Source of the DNA: Amoebophrya sp. A120 | Lineage: Eukaryota; Protista; Dinoflagellata | Length of the DNA: 64,000 nt | Assembly: GCA_905178155.1 (NCBI GenBank) | Contig: CAJINV010000002.1 | Coordinates: forward strand, 8,877,412-8,941,411 | Reading direction: 5' to 3' | Shown here: positions 1 to 9,325 of the stretch, piece by piece | How the letters are laid out: the number at the start of each line of letters is the position of its first letter | How positions within the stretch are numbered: the first letter of the stretch is position 1 | The notes under the pieces: model-generated | Databases searched by the model: none | Seen by the model: the letters and a program-made list of their open reading frames with translations, nothing else | Told to the model about the DNA's origin: nothing | Made by a program: the position numbers and the translations under genes

Positions 1-9
1 CGCCTGAGC

Positions 10-233
10 CGTGATTGTGAGCACGGCCCGGGCCGTGCTAACAAAAATCGTGGATTTCCGCATTTTTTGCGAGCACGGCCCGGGCCGTGCTCACAATCAA
101 GGGTATCAGAGGACGGATGGTCGCGTCTGAGACGCAGACGTGATTGTGAGCACGGCCCGGGCCGTGCTAACAAAAATCCTAGATTTTCGCATTTTTTGCG
201 AGCACGGCCCGGGCCGTGCTCACAATCAAGGGT
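10..233. repeat. Tandem array (period 129 bp) of a 95-bp nested palindromic hairpin unit; probably continues beyond the left window edge
   Basis: Units 10-104 and 139-233 are near-identical. Each has a perfect 28-bp inverted repeat (TGATTGTGAGCACGGCCCGGGCCGTGCT ... AGCACGGCCCGGGCCGTGCTCACAATCA). Each arm contains the perfect 20-bp palindrome AGCACGGCCCGGGCCGTGCT. Confidence 0.9.
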
Positions 234-1193
234 GTCTGTCAGAGAACGGAAGGTCAGCATTGCTTGAACGGCTGGCATGGTCAATTTTGCAGCAGAAGTA
301 ACCCGAATCATATTCCGGCAAAGATCCGGAATATCAGTCCTTGCTGCAAATCCCAAGTCCCACAAAACGCGAGACTCCGCTCCAAAGAATGAACATTGCG
401 GCACATCACTCATGAGTATCGTTCATTGTTCCAAAAGATAGACCACAATCGCATCCTTGCGCAATTCGTGTCATTCAGACCGTGCATCTTTGTTACATCT
501 GCTATCCATACATTTTGCCTATCGTTTTTTTCTTTTTGATACATACTCTTAACCTTAAACTTGCAAAGATGACTAGAGCCATGGGAGATCTGGATCTGCA
601 TCTTCCTGTCATCTTCTATCTAAATTTACCTTCTCCCCTCATCAGTCCATAGGAACGGGGAAGCTCTCGATGCCAAGGCCAGCACACAACGCCTCCAATT
701 CCAGCCGCTGCGCGCACATCGCATTCATCACGGGGATCGGTGCATTCTGCTTCGTCAAGCTCACTGCCGCGCGCGCATCGGCCAAGGCGACATAGTCGTG
801 TCCTCCGAACAGGTATGGTGGAGCCAGCTATCAAGACCGATAAATAACTAATACTAACAAGTTACCGCCACCACCAGGCCTTTCCTAGAATGGATGGCTA
901 TGCGAGTCTTGCTCCATGTACGAGGAAGCAGTCGCCGCCATGTGCTCTTTGCATTCCCGCCCGCCACTTGAAGCCTCTACCGGCCACCAGAGCAGCACTA
1001 CAACGGCCTAGTAGACAACCACACCAAGTTCTCCATGGCAATGAATTTTCCAACGGCCACCAGCTTACCTTTCCCAAAAAGAAAAATCGCCGACCAGTGC
1101 TAATAAATGAACTACACCTAGTTTTGCTTTTGCCTCTACTCCGCGACCTGCGCGAGCTGCACTAACCCGTTCTCAGAAACCTACATACATCAA

Positions 1194-4100
1194 TCATCGG
1201 TCTGTATAGCGAGCCCCCTTCCGTACAATCGGCTTCACCTTCGCAACGATCTTTCCGAAGGTGTCGCGCAATTGGCAGTATCGCATGCCGGTTTCCAGTG
1301 CCCAGCTCGTCGCTGCGTTCCGGCCGTGACCTGCTCCGGACGACATCAAGTCTCGCAGACAGTCTGAGGCAGCGCGGCGCACCAACGCCTTGTCTGCCTC
1401 GGACCGCACGCATTCGATCGGGCCCTCATATCCAACTTCCGCTCCATCGTCCTCCGCCCCGCCGGCTAGCAGCTGCGCGAGGCGGCTTTTCTGCTGGTGT
1501 GGATTTCGTGCTTCAGCGCCCCTCCTATCCAACTCCTCTTGCATGGCCTGCAGGGTGCTCGTCGGGAGTCGTGCCTGCTCTTCGAACGGCACGAGGCCAG
1601 CAGTAGCCTGCGCATCCGCGAGCGCTTTCCGGGTCACCTCCCAGAGCCGCGCAGAAGGGGGATCCTTAAAGCTCGCCAGCGCGCTCTCGTGAAGGTCCTG
1701 CTGGAGCACCGTAGCCAGGCGGTGGAGCTGAAGCACGTCCTCGCGCAGCGTGGAGGTCTCTTCGCAGTAGTCCGAAAAAAATTGCGGACTCACGTTGCGA
1801 GACGTCGTCGTGCTGTCCGGAATTGCAAAAGGAGTTTTGCGCGTGATGCTTCGCTTTTGTTTTTCACCTGGTTTATTTGCTGCTTTTTCGTCGTTGCTGT
1901 TGTTGTGCATAGTCGACGTGCTCGCCCCTCCACGCGGACGCGCGTCGGCGGCGTCTTGTATGGCCTTCACGATATTTTTGTGTTTTTGTTTCAGCTTCTT
2001 CATCGAAATGGGCGTTGTGTCTACCAAGATCCGCCAGAGGATGCGGAACAGGTAGTTGCGCATCGGGTTGAAGTACTGGTCTTTGATAGTTTTTCCGTCC
2101 GTGAGGAAGTCGCGGAATTCTTTCGGCGAGTGCGTTCGCCTCCGCCACAGCAGGTGCGAGTGCCAGTGCTTGTCTTGTTCGTCCAAGTTCATGAAATCGG
2201 TGACCTCCTCCGTCAGCCCCGTCAGCAGTTTTCTGACTTCCCACCACATCACGAAGAGAAACCTGTCCGGCGCAACCGCGCCCAGACTTTCGATCTTGAC
2301 CGACAACTCCTGGCCCGGCGCCACGTCCTCCAGCAGAACCCTCCATCGGTTTGCATCGGCCGGCATCGGTCCCAGCAAGCGCACGAGCGCGCCATTGTAC
2401 TGCGGCTTGCCCTGAAGACCGCGCAGCTGCTTCCGCTCGCCTGCGATCATTTTCGAATCTTCTCCCAGCAGCAGTTGTCGCGGACCGGCCTCTTCGAAAG
2501 CGACGAGCAGCATGCAGAAGATGCCGCTGAAGAACACGAAAATGGTGCGCCCAGACCTTCCCACGTCATAACGGGCGCACACCACGGCGGCCAACCTCAC
2601 GACCCCGCTGTGCATCCCGCACCCGTCGTCCCTCGTCCGATCCGCCTCGGGATCTACTCTTTCCAAAAACAACTTCGCGGACCGCAGGGTCATCTTCACC
2701 ACCTCGAACACTTTCAGGTAAAGGTCTCCAGCGAAAAGCTCTTCGTCGTGGAGGTCGCTGAGGCTGCGGAGCACCATGAAGAGCAGCAAGTTCACGCGCC
2801 GCAGCTGCGCCCCAAATCCACAGCCTCGCCCGCGCCACGCAACCGGGTAAGGGTAGGCAGAAAGCCGGCGGAGCATCTCGTCGCAGAACCGCAGAATAGA
2901 ATCCGTATGCTGCCGCAGCAGCCGCAGCCCGTGCCGGGCACCTAAGCGCCCGCTTATCAATTTCAGGGAGCTGCAAACGTTCGACGCCGCTGCGGCGCTC
3001 TGGTACGTCGAGGACGCTTCATCGTTTCGCCAGATGTCGAGGCGAACGCGAACGTCAGCGACAGGCTGCGGCAGCTGCGCAATTGCGGTTTTGCTCTCAA
3101 CGTCGTGGTCCCCGGTGGTACTATTCGCTGTGCAGCGGAGATGGTGCTTGATAAGGTTCGTCGGGCTTTGCAATAATTGCCCGCGCAGCCTCTCTGCGCG
3201 CGGATCTACCTGTGCCTTGGTCGTGGTTTTATCCCCACCTACCGAGCAGGCGGTCGACTTCGCGACACTGCAAGCGTTTTCCGTTCTTTCGTGCTGCAGA
3301 CTGGAGATCAGTTCGACCCATTCGGCAACGGCACTGTCCTTGTCGATGGCGATTCCGATGGGCAGACCGAGGTCCCGCGTTGGGACCTTGTTAAGCTCCG
3401 CAAGCTCCGTGTGGAGCACGCAATTCTCGATCCAGATCTGCTCCTGGTTCACGGGGGAGTAACGGTACGTGTTCAGAATCGCACGTCCGCGACGGACAGC
3501 TTCTGCGGTTGCGTTTTCGTCATACTCGTCGCTTGTACAGTCGTACCGAGCGGGAAGTGCGGCCCGTTCGTCCCGTTCCAACACGTTTTCTGCCAGGAGG
3601 TGCGAACCCTTGCCCGTGTTCTCCGGCGCGTCCCCGCTGTTTTCTTCTACACCGCATTCCACATCACTGCTATCCTCATCGTCCTGTTCAGCCGCGCTTT
3701 CAGCAGCATCAGAATGTTCATACTCACGCCCCGCTTTTTTCCACGCCGCCAGCGTCTCCAGATGGTCACCCGTAAGGTCGGCGAGGGAGGTCGGCACGCC
3801 CAGCGCTTCCAGTTCCGCGTGCAAATCGGCGCCGACAATCAGAGGCAATTCACGATTGAGTGCGGCAGAGATGAGATCATCTGCTTCCCTCGCATTGGGG
3901 GCCAATGATGCCTTGGACCGCAGAGCTCCTCTGGAGAAACGGACACCACTCCCCCGCCGGCCGTTGACGTGACGCAGTGTCGCAACCGCCGTGTTACCGA
4001 CGATCCACGCACGCTTGGCCCCCGCAAACAGGTCGTGCACGTTCGGCTCCCGTGGGTCCTCCACTCCGACCGCCGTGCGCAGGTTGGCAACCAGTGTGAA

Positions 4101-6089
4101 CGCAAGGTCCCCGACGCGCTTCTTCAGGTGGGGATTCCACACATCCTTCCAAGCGAAAGGCGCCTGCTCCTTGTGCCGCTGACCTGATGCTTGTTCAACC
4201 CGCGTCTGCAGTCGTAGCTGCAGAGTTTCCCGATCTGCCCTGTCGGGTTTGGCGCGTCGACTCAGACACGAAGTGCACTGCAGCATGCGGTCGTGCTCCC
4301 CAGGAGTCGGGAACCGGGTGACCTGGTCCAGGAGGTACATCCACTCGAAGATGGGGTACGCCAGTTGGAACGTGGCGAGGCGGGTGAAGAAACGCGTGAT
4401 CTCGGCACTGTCGAGGAAGCACGGGCCGAAGCGGACGGAGAGGTACTCGCAGGCTTGATTCGCAGCGATAGAAAAGCGCTGCGCGAAGGGCAACCCCATA
4501 AACTCGTAGTACAGCACCGTTTCGGGACAGACGAGCTGCTGCACGAAGGACAAATCGGGCGGCTCCTCGCGTTCCGCTTCCGTCCACAGCTCTTTCTGCG
4601 CAGGAACCGCTGCTTCGACTCGCTGAGAAATAAGTGTGGCCACGTCCGCTACCTGAAGCTGCTCCTTCGCGGCAGCCGCTTCTGCTTCCCTCTGGGCCTG
4701 CCGCTTCTTCTTGTTCTTACTTGCCTTGGCCGGGCGCGCGACCTCAAGTATCTCCGCCTGCGACGCCGTTGCAGCTGCCGTAGTTGCTGTCATCTCCATT
4801 TCATCGCTCGCGTCTTCATCGCGCTCGCAGTTGATTCCTGGCCCCAGCAGCCGCAATCTCGAGTTCCCGCGCACCCCGAATAGATCCAAAAGTAGGTGCA
4901 AGCCTTTCACCATCCCGACGCGACTTTTCTTATACTCTTCTTCGCTCACAACCTTGTTCGGTTTCTTCATCTGCTCCAACTCGGCTCCGGTTGTGTAGCC
5001 TTTCGGCGGCTCTCGCCTGTTGCACTCATAATTAACCACCTTCGTGCACTTGTGCAAGGACTCGAGGTACCTCGCGCACAAAAAATCCGTCAGCGACTGC
5101 TTCCATTCCTGGAGCTTGGTTGCGGTGTCGCAGGTCTTGGAAGATGAGGATGCCGCAGCAGAAGCAATATTCCCCTCGCGTGACGCCGTTGCGACGATTT
5201 TCTTGACGCAAGTGTCCAGTTGCGTGAAACAGGCCCGGATGAGGAGGTCTTGCACCTCCGAGCCGAATTCACACTCCACCACAGCGTACTCGAGACTGCT
5301 GAGGGAGTGGATAAACATCACGTCGCAAAGCAATGAAGTCCGCTCGTCTACGCTCATGCACGTAGCTGCTGCGCGGCAAAGCGTTTCCGCATCGTCTACG
5401 GTGAACGAGCTCGCAGGTGGTGCCGCGTCGCCATCTTGCTCCGCACCGCCCGCGACCCTCCGCGTCCCCGGTGCAAAACCGAACGACTTGCCGATGTCAT
5501 CGAAGCTCCTGAGCAGAATGTCGCGAAGGTTCTCCAAGTTTTCAAGTGCGCACACCAAAGCGGTCGTATCCAGGGCTTCCGCAAGAGCGGCGGCCGCGGC
5601 ATCGCACAGGGATCGAAGCCGCGTTGCCTGCTCTTCCAAGTGCGCGCGCCGTGCCTGGCGCCCTTCCTCTCTCGCTTGCAAGACCGTTTCGTCTTCCTCG
5701 GTTGCCAATACGACAGGCGCGAGCGCCGCAGCATGCCGGGCTGGTCGGAGCTCATTCGGCTCGGCGCGCCCGCCACCCGAGCACGACGCGTCAACGGCAG
5801 AAATCGCCTGCGTGTCCGCCTTTTCAATCACGAGCTCCTCATCTGCACTAACGTGGGGTAAGTAGTCCCCGACATTGAGGCCCGCCTGCTTCAGAACCGC
5901 CCGAGCTACATCACGCCTCACGCATCTGTTATGCACGACCACCGGAATGCAGCACTTCCCCGGCTTGACGTGGATGTGGTGGCTACCGGTAATCCGCACC
6001 AACTTCCATCCGTTCTGACGCATCAGGCGGAGAAACGGGAAAACCCGCCGCTCCTTCTGCGACAAAGTGTTTGGCGTGCTCGTCATCAT
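1194..6089 (-). CDS. 1631-aa single-ORF protein with an N-terminal HicA-like (mRNA interferase fold) domain
   Basis: Residues ~15-71 (FLRLMRQNGWKLVRITGSHHIHVKPGKCCIPVVVHNRCVRRDVARAVLKQAGL) follow the HicA pattern L..nGw..vr..GSH..f..p.....vp.H..dl.......IlkqaGl. A small GLxxxPxxNG beta-domain lies at ~2280-2430. The remainder is unrecognised. Confidence 0.85.
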   Translation of the reverse strand: MMTSTPNTLSQKERRVFPFLRLMRQNGWKLVRITGSHHIHVKPGKCCIPVVVHNRCVRRDVARAVLKQAGLNVGDYLPHVSADEELVIEKADTQAISAVDASCSGGGRAEPNELRPARHAAALAPVVLATEEDETVLQAREEGRQARRAHLEEQATRLRSLCDAAAAALAEALDTTALVCALENLENLRDILLRSFDDIGKSFGFAPGTRRVAGGAEQDGDAAPPASSFTVDDAETLCRAAATCMSVDERTSLLCDVMFIHSLSSLEYAVVECEFGSEVQDLLIRACFTQLDTCVKKIVATASREGNIASAAASSSSKTCDTATKLQEWKQSLTDFLCARYLESLHKCTKVVNYECNRREPPKGYTTGAELEQMKKPNKVVSEEEYKKSRVGMVKGLHLLLDLFGVRGNSRLRLLGPGINCERDEDASDEMEMTATTAAATASQAEILEVARPAKASKNKKKRQAQREAEAAAAKEQLQVADVATLISQRVEAAVPAQKELWTEAEREEPPDLSFVQQLVCPETVLYYEFMGLPFAQRFSIAANQACEYLSVRFGPCFLDSAEITRFFTRLATFQLAYPIFEWMYLLDQVTRFPTPGEHDRMLQCTSCLSRRAKPDRADRETLQLRLQTRVEQASGQRHKEQAPFAWKDVWNPHLKKRVGDLAFTLVANLRTAVGVEDPREPNVHDLFAGAKRAWIVGNTAVATLRHVNGRRGSGVRFSRGALRSKASLAPNAREADDLISAALNRELPLIVGADLHAELEALGVPTSLADLTGDHLETLAAWKKAGREYEHSDAAESAAEQDDEDSSDVECGVEENSGDAPENTGKGSHLLAENVLERDERAALPARYDCTSDEYDENATAEAVRRGRAILNTYRYSPVNQEQIWIENCVLHTELAELNKVPTRDLGLPIGIAIDKDSAVAEWVELISSLQHERTENACSVAKSTACSVGGDKTTTKAQVDPRAERLRGQLLQSPTNLIKHHLRCTANSTTGDHDVESKTAIAQLPQPVADVRVRLDIWRNDEASSTYQSAAAASNVCSSLKLISGRLGARHGLRLLRQHTDSILRFCDEMLRRLSAYPYPVAWRGRGCGFGAQLRRVNLLLFMVLRSLSDLHDEELFAGDLYLKVFEVVKMTLRSAKLFLERVDPEADRTRDDGCGMHSGVVRLAAVVCARYDVGRSGRTIFVFFSGIFCMLLVAFEEAGPRQLLLGEDSKMIAGERKQLRGLQGKPQYNGALVRLLGPMPADANRWRVLLEDVAPGQELSVKIESLGAVAPDRFLFVMWWEVRKLLTGLTEEVTDFMNLDEQDKHWHSHLLWRRRTHSPKEFRDFLTDGKTIKDQYFNPMRNYLFRILWRILVDTTPISMKKLKQKHKNIVKAIQDAADARPRGGASTSTMHNNSNDEKAANKPGEKQKRSITRKTPFAIPDSTTTSRNVSPQFFSDYCEETSTLREDVLQLHRLATVLQQDLHESALASFKDPPSARLWEVTRKALADAQATAGLVPFEEQARLPTSTLQAMQEELDRRGAEARNPHQQKSRLAQLLAGGAEDDGAEVGYEGPIECVRSEADKALVRRAASDCLRDLMSSGAGHGRNAATSWALETGMRYCQLRDTFGKIVAKVKPIVRKGARYTDR

Positions 6090-7662
6090 ATCGATTGCAG
6101 CTTCGTAGCTGGTATCTTTGTGCCTACTAAGTAGAAATTCTATCGCAGAGGGGGAGTAAGTAAGTACTTACAGAATATCATCCGCTGTACGTGTGACTCC
6201 GATTGCAACCAATCGGCAAGTCTCAGAGCACTAACCCGAGGCAGTGGGTGACGAGAACAAAATTCTTACTTCAACTAGCACAAGCAATGAGCTGAATTCA
6301 ATCTGAAGAGAAAAAGATGCCTCAGTACATGGACACCCTTCCTCCTCGGCCAGCTGACCGCAATGCCTCCTCCAATTGAGACATTTTAACGTCAACATCA
6401 CCATGGTCCATGTAGTGGAGCAGGCGTTGCCAATTTATTCACTCTCTCGTCCCTCCTCACGGTCTATTTCGACAGATATCATGGCTTTCAGACGCCCCTA
6501 CGCAATTTGCGTTTTCGAGAGGCTAGCGAAACTGAGTCAGCGTCATAGTAGCTTGGAAGCAAGCTCCCGGCGGCTCCAGCCAGTGCGATCAGGAACAAAA
6601 TAACACGCAGGCAAATTTCTTGCTCTACAAGGAGCGGAATCGCAGCACGCTTGACGATCGGGGCTCGCTACAAACCGGGGCACGAGCGGGGTCCCCCGCC
6701 CCTTCTGCGCGAGGGCGAGAGCCAACTTCTATGCGCATGCGCGCGGACGCCAATTACTGCGCCCGCGTGCGCGCATGTGCGCGCGCGCAGGAAACTAGGC
6801 TCCGCGCAAGCAATTAATCGGCGCGGGCGCACACGCGCAAAGCTTCGCGCGCAAGCCACACCAAGTCGCGCGCAAGACTGCGGGCCATCCACAAATCGGG
6901 CCAAGGCGCGCGCGCACGCGCGCGAGCGTCTTGGACTATTTCCGCCCGCCGTTCCGGCCCTTTCCAGCAATTCGAATTCCGAGACCACCTGCGCCGTGCC
7001 CCTCGCGCTTCGGCCTCGTTGTCGGGCAGGTCCGGAAGAAACTCCTGGAAAGAAGCGGCGTTGTCGGTGAACTCGTAGGCGACCCCCTTTCTAGACCTGC
7101 GCGTGACGATGTGACCGGCGGACCCGACCGGACCCTGGATGGTCTCCGCTGCCTCCTCTTCTACCGCCGGGGCCTTGTTGGCGTGCAGGATCATCAAATC
7201 AACATGCTCGGAGGTGTAGCCGGACCCGTCTTTCCTGTGTAGAAAAGGGGCACAAGGATTAGCGTGGAATCCGAATAGCGCGCGCGCGATTGTGCCGACT
7301 CATCCACGACGTGTTGCATAGGTCGCGTCGTTGTATTTTTTGCCACACCTAGAAAACGCTTCTTAATCCACGACGATGCAGATTGATGCCAATAAAGCAA
7401 GAACAGCTAAAACAAAACATTAATAGCCTGAACCTGATTGCAGAAACCAAAAGCATAACCATCAGCGCTCAGGCAAATTATGACTATCGGGAACGAGATT
7501 GCATTCAATGGTCATCATCATCATCATTTATCCTGCACTAGGGGGGGACGTGCGGAGGGGTTGGGGTTCGAGTTCGTTTCAAGCTGCATCTCGGGGCTTT
7601 GTCACTGCAGCTTCGCACATCGTGGCTCGTCGTGTACTAAGACTACCAATTTATCGAACTCC

Positions 7663-8484
7663 TCAACTCTCCGCAACGTCACTAGTGTCGTTCTCATCTT
7701 CTTCTTCAAGAATCGGATCGCATTTCAAATCGAGCTTTCTTTGCGCGCAGCACTTCTTTTCGTGCGTCTTCATGCGTCGGGACGCACCAACCTTCTTCTG
7801 GAAATCGCGCGGCCAAGATATCGAGTGCGTCGCGCAGTGCGGACAAATCAGCTGTCGGGCGCTAAACTTCGACGCCTCTGCCCCGTTGAGAAACCGCTGC
7901 GGAGGAAGGACAAAGCGCTGCGATGGCTTGTATTTCGACAGAATACACTGGCCCGACCTCCCATACGCGAATTCCTCGGCCGGTGTGTAGGAGCCATCGC
8001 GTTCCGCGACGATGCGGACGAAGTCGTCTTCCTGGTGCAACTTGAGGTGGGCACGCAGGGCCCGCAAAGATCCACCAAGCGCCGCCGCGCACTGGTTGCA
8101 CCACAGGGCGCCTATTCCGTCCTTGCAAGCAGTGTAGATTCCGCCCGAGTTCCGCACAAGCTCGTCCGTCTGCCGCTCCGAAATTTCGCCCTTCAGTTCC
8201 GTCTGTTTCGCACGCAGCTCCGCCAAGCTCGGAGTCACTTTGAGGGTCGTCCGCTTGCTGCCGACCCGTGCCCGATCGCCGTACGCCGCATCAAACTCCT
8301 CACGCGAAATTCCGTTTTTCTTCAAAAGCCGCTCATATGCAACTAAAGCGCGCGGCTGCGAAAGTGCGTCACGCCAGGACGCGAAAAACCAATGCTGCAT
8401 CGTGGCATCGATATACCACGACCTCGTACGCAGGAACCAATCCCTGCGAGTCTCCGAAACTGCAAACCCGGCAAGCTCCCGCAT
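7663..8484 (-). CDS. Hypothetical protein with two putative zinc-finger-like motifs
   Basis: 273-aa ORF with CNQC-x12-HLKLH and CPHC...HEKKC motifs, a short coiled-coil (LAELRAKQTELKGEI) and an acidic tail. Start and exon structure are uncertain. Confidence 0.45.
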   Translation of the reverse strand: MRELAGFAVSETRRDWFLRTRSWYIDATMQHWFFASWRDALSQPRALVAYERLLKKNGISREEFDAAYGDRARVGSKRTTLKVTPSLAELRAKQTELKGEISERQTDELVRNSGGIYTACKDGIGALWCNQCAAALGGSLRALRAHLKLHQEDDFVRIVAERDGSYTPAEEFAYGRSGQCILSKYKPSQRFVLPPQRFLNGAEASKFSARQLICPHCATHSISWPRDFQKKVGASRRMKTHEKKCCAQRKLDLKCDPILEEEDENDTSDVAES

Positions 8485-9325
8485 GGTAATATAAACTTTC
8501 GAAGCTTCAATGGTCTAACACTTGTGCCCTCTCCGTCGACGCCCTTGAACCAGCTGACGGCCCCTCGAAGCCAACGTGCTACGATAACAATACTCAGAAT
8601 TGCTGGCATGTCTCCGAAGAAACAGGCTCATGACAACCGCAGATTGGTCCTGTCGCTCACGTCTCCGGTGTGTTTACGCCTGGACGAAAATCTTTGGCTG
8701 GTTGCACCTCGTTTGACGTACTTTTTCTCTCGGCTTTTGAGCTTGCTTGACTAGGCCTTTGACGAAGACGAACCAGCCGCCGAGTCATCTAAGGGCCGTA
8801 TCGTCTGGGCAAAAAAACCTCCACTTCGGCTTTTTCAGGAGCACGTCGGCCCGAACAGTGTCACTTTAAATGCACCTTGGTGTAGTTCAAGAGACAGAGA
8901 CCATAGGTGTACGGATTCACGGTTAGGACATGCGCTAGTCGTACTTTCAACATCCTTGTACAAAAGCGGGGACAAAAATCATTCCAGGTTGATATGTACA
9001 CTGAATATCCTTTGAAATCCGGAATCGCAGCACTAAGAAGCTGCAAAACTTCACTTCGTTGTGGTCGAGGCAGGGACTTCTCTTCTGATGTCAGGGGAAG
9101 GTTTATTTTAATGATGTGAAACAAAATGTTGGTCATCGTCAGCGTCACGGTTTCTTCTGCCATGGAAAATACAACACCAGGCTGCCCACCAGGCTCTCCT
9201 GCTTTTCGAACAATAAAACATCGTAGGTACATTGGTTTGCTTTCACTTCTACTTGTGAAATTCAGATAGATAAAGACCAGCACCAAACGCGATAGAGACA
9301 ACTCGAAGACAAGCAGCGCACCCTC

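Noticed and set aside
10-233. CRISPR array (repeat-34 bp spacer-repeat)
   Set aside because: The 95-bp repeats are too long, the spacers are similar to each other, there are no cas genes and the context is eukaryotic.
527-541. TTTTT-N7-ATA match resembling an element end
   Set aside because: It lies in a T-rich run, and I found no partner TIR or TSD.
6814-7197. Candidate HicB antitoxin next to the HicA-domain gene
   Set aside because: No HicB-like N-terminal motif or DNA-binding domain is evident, and the ORF runs into the GC-repeat tract.
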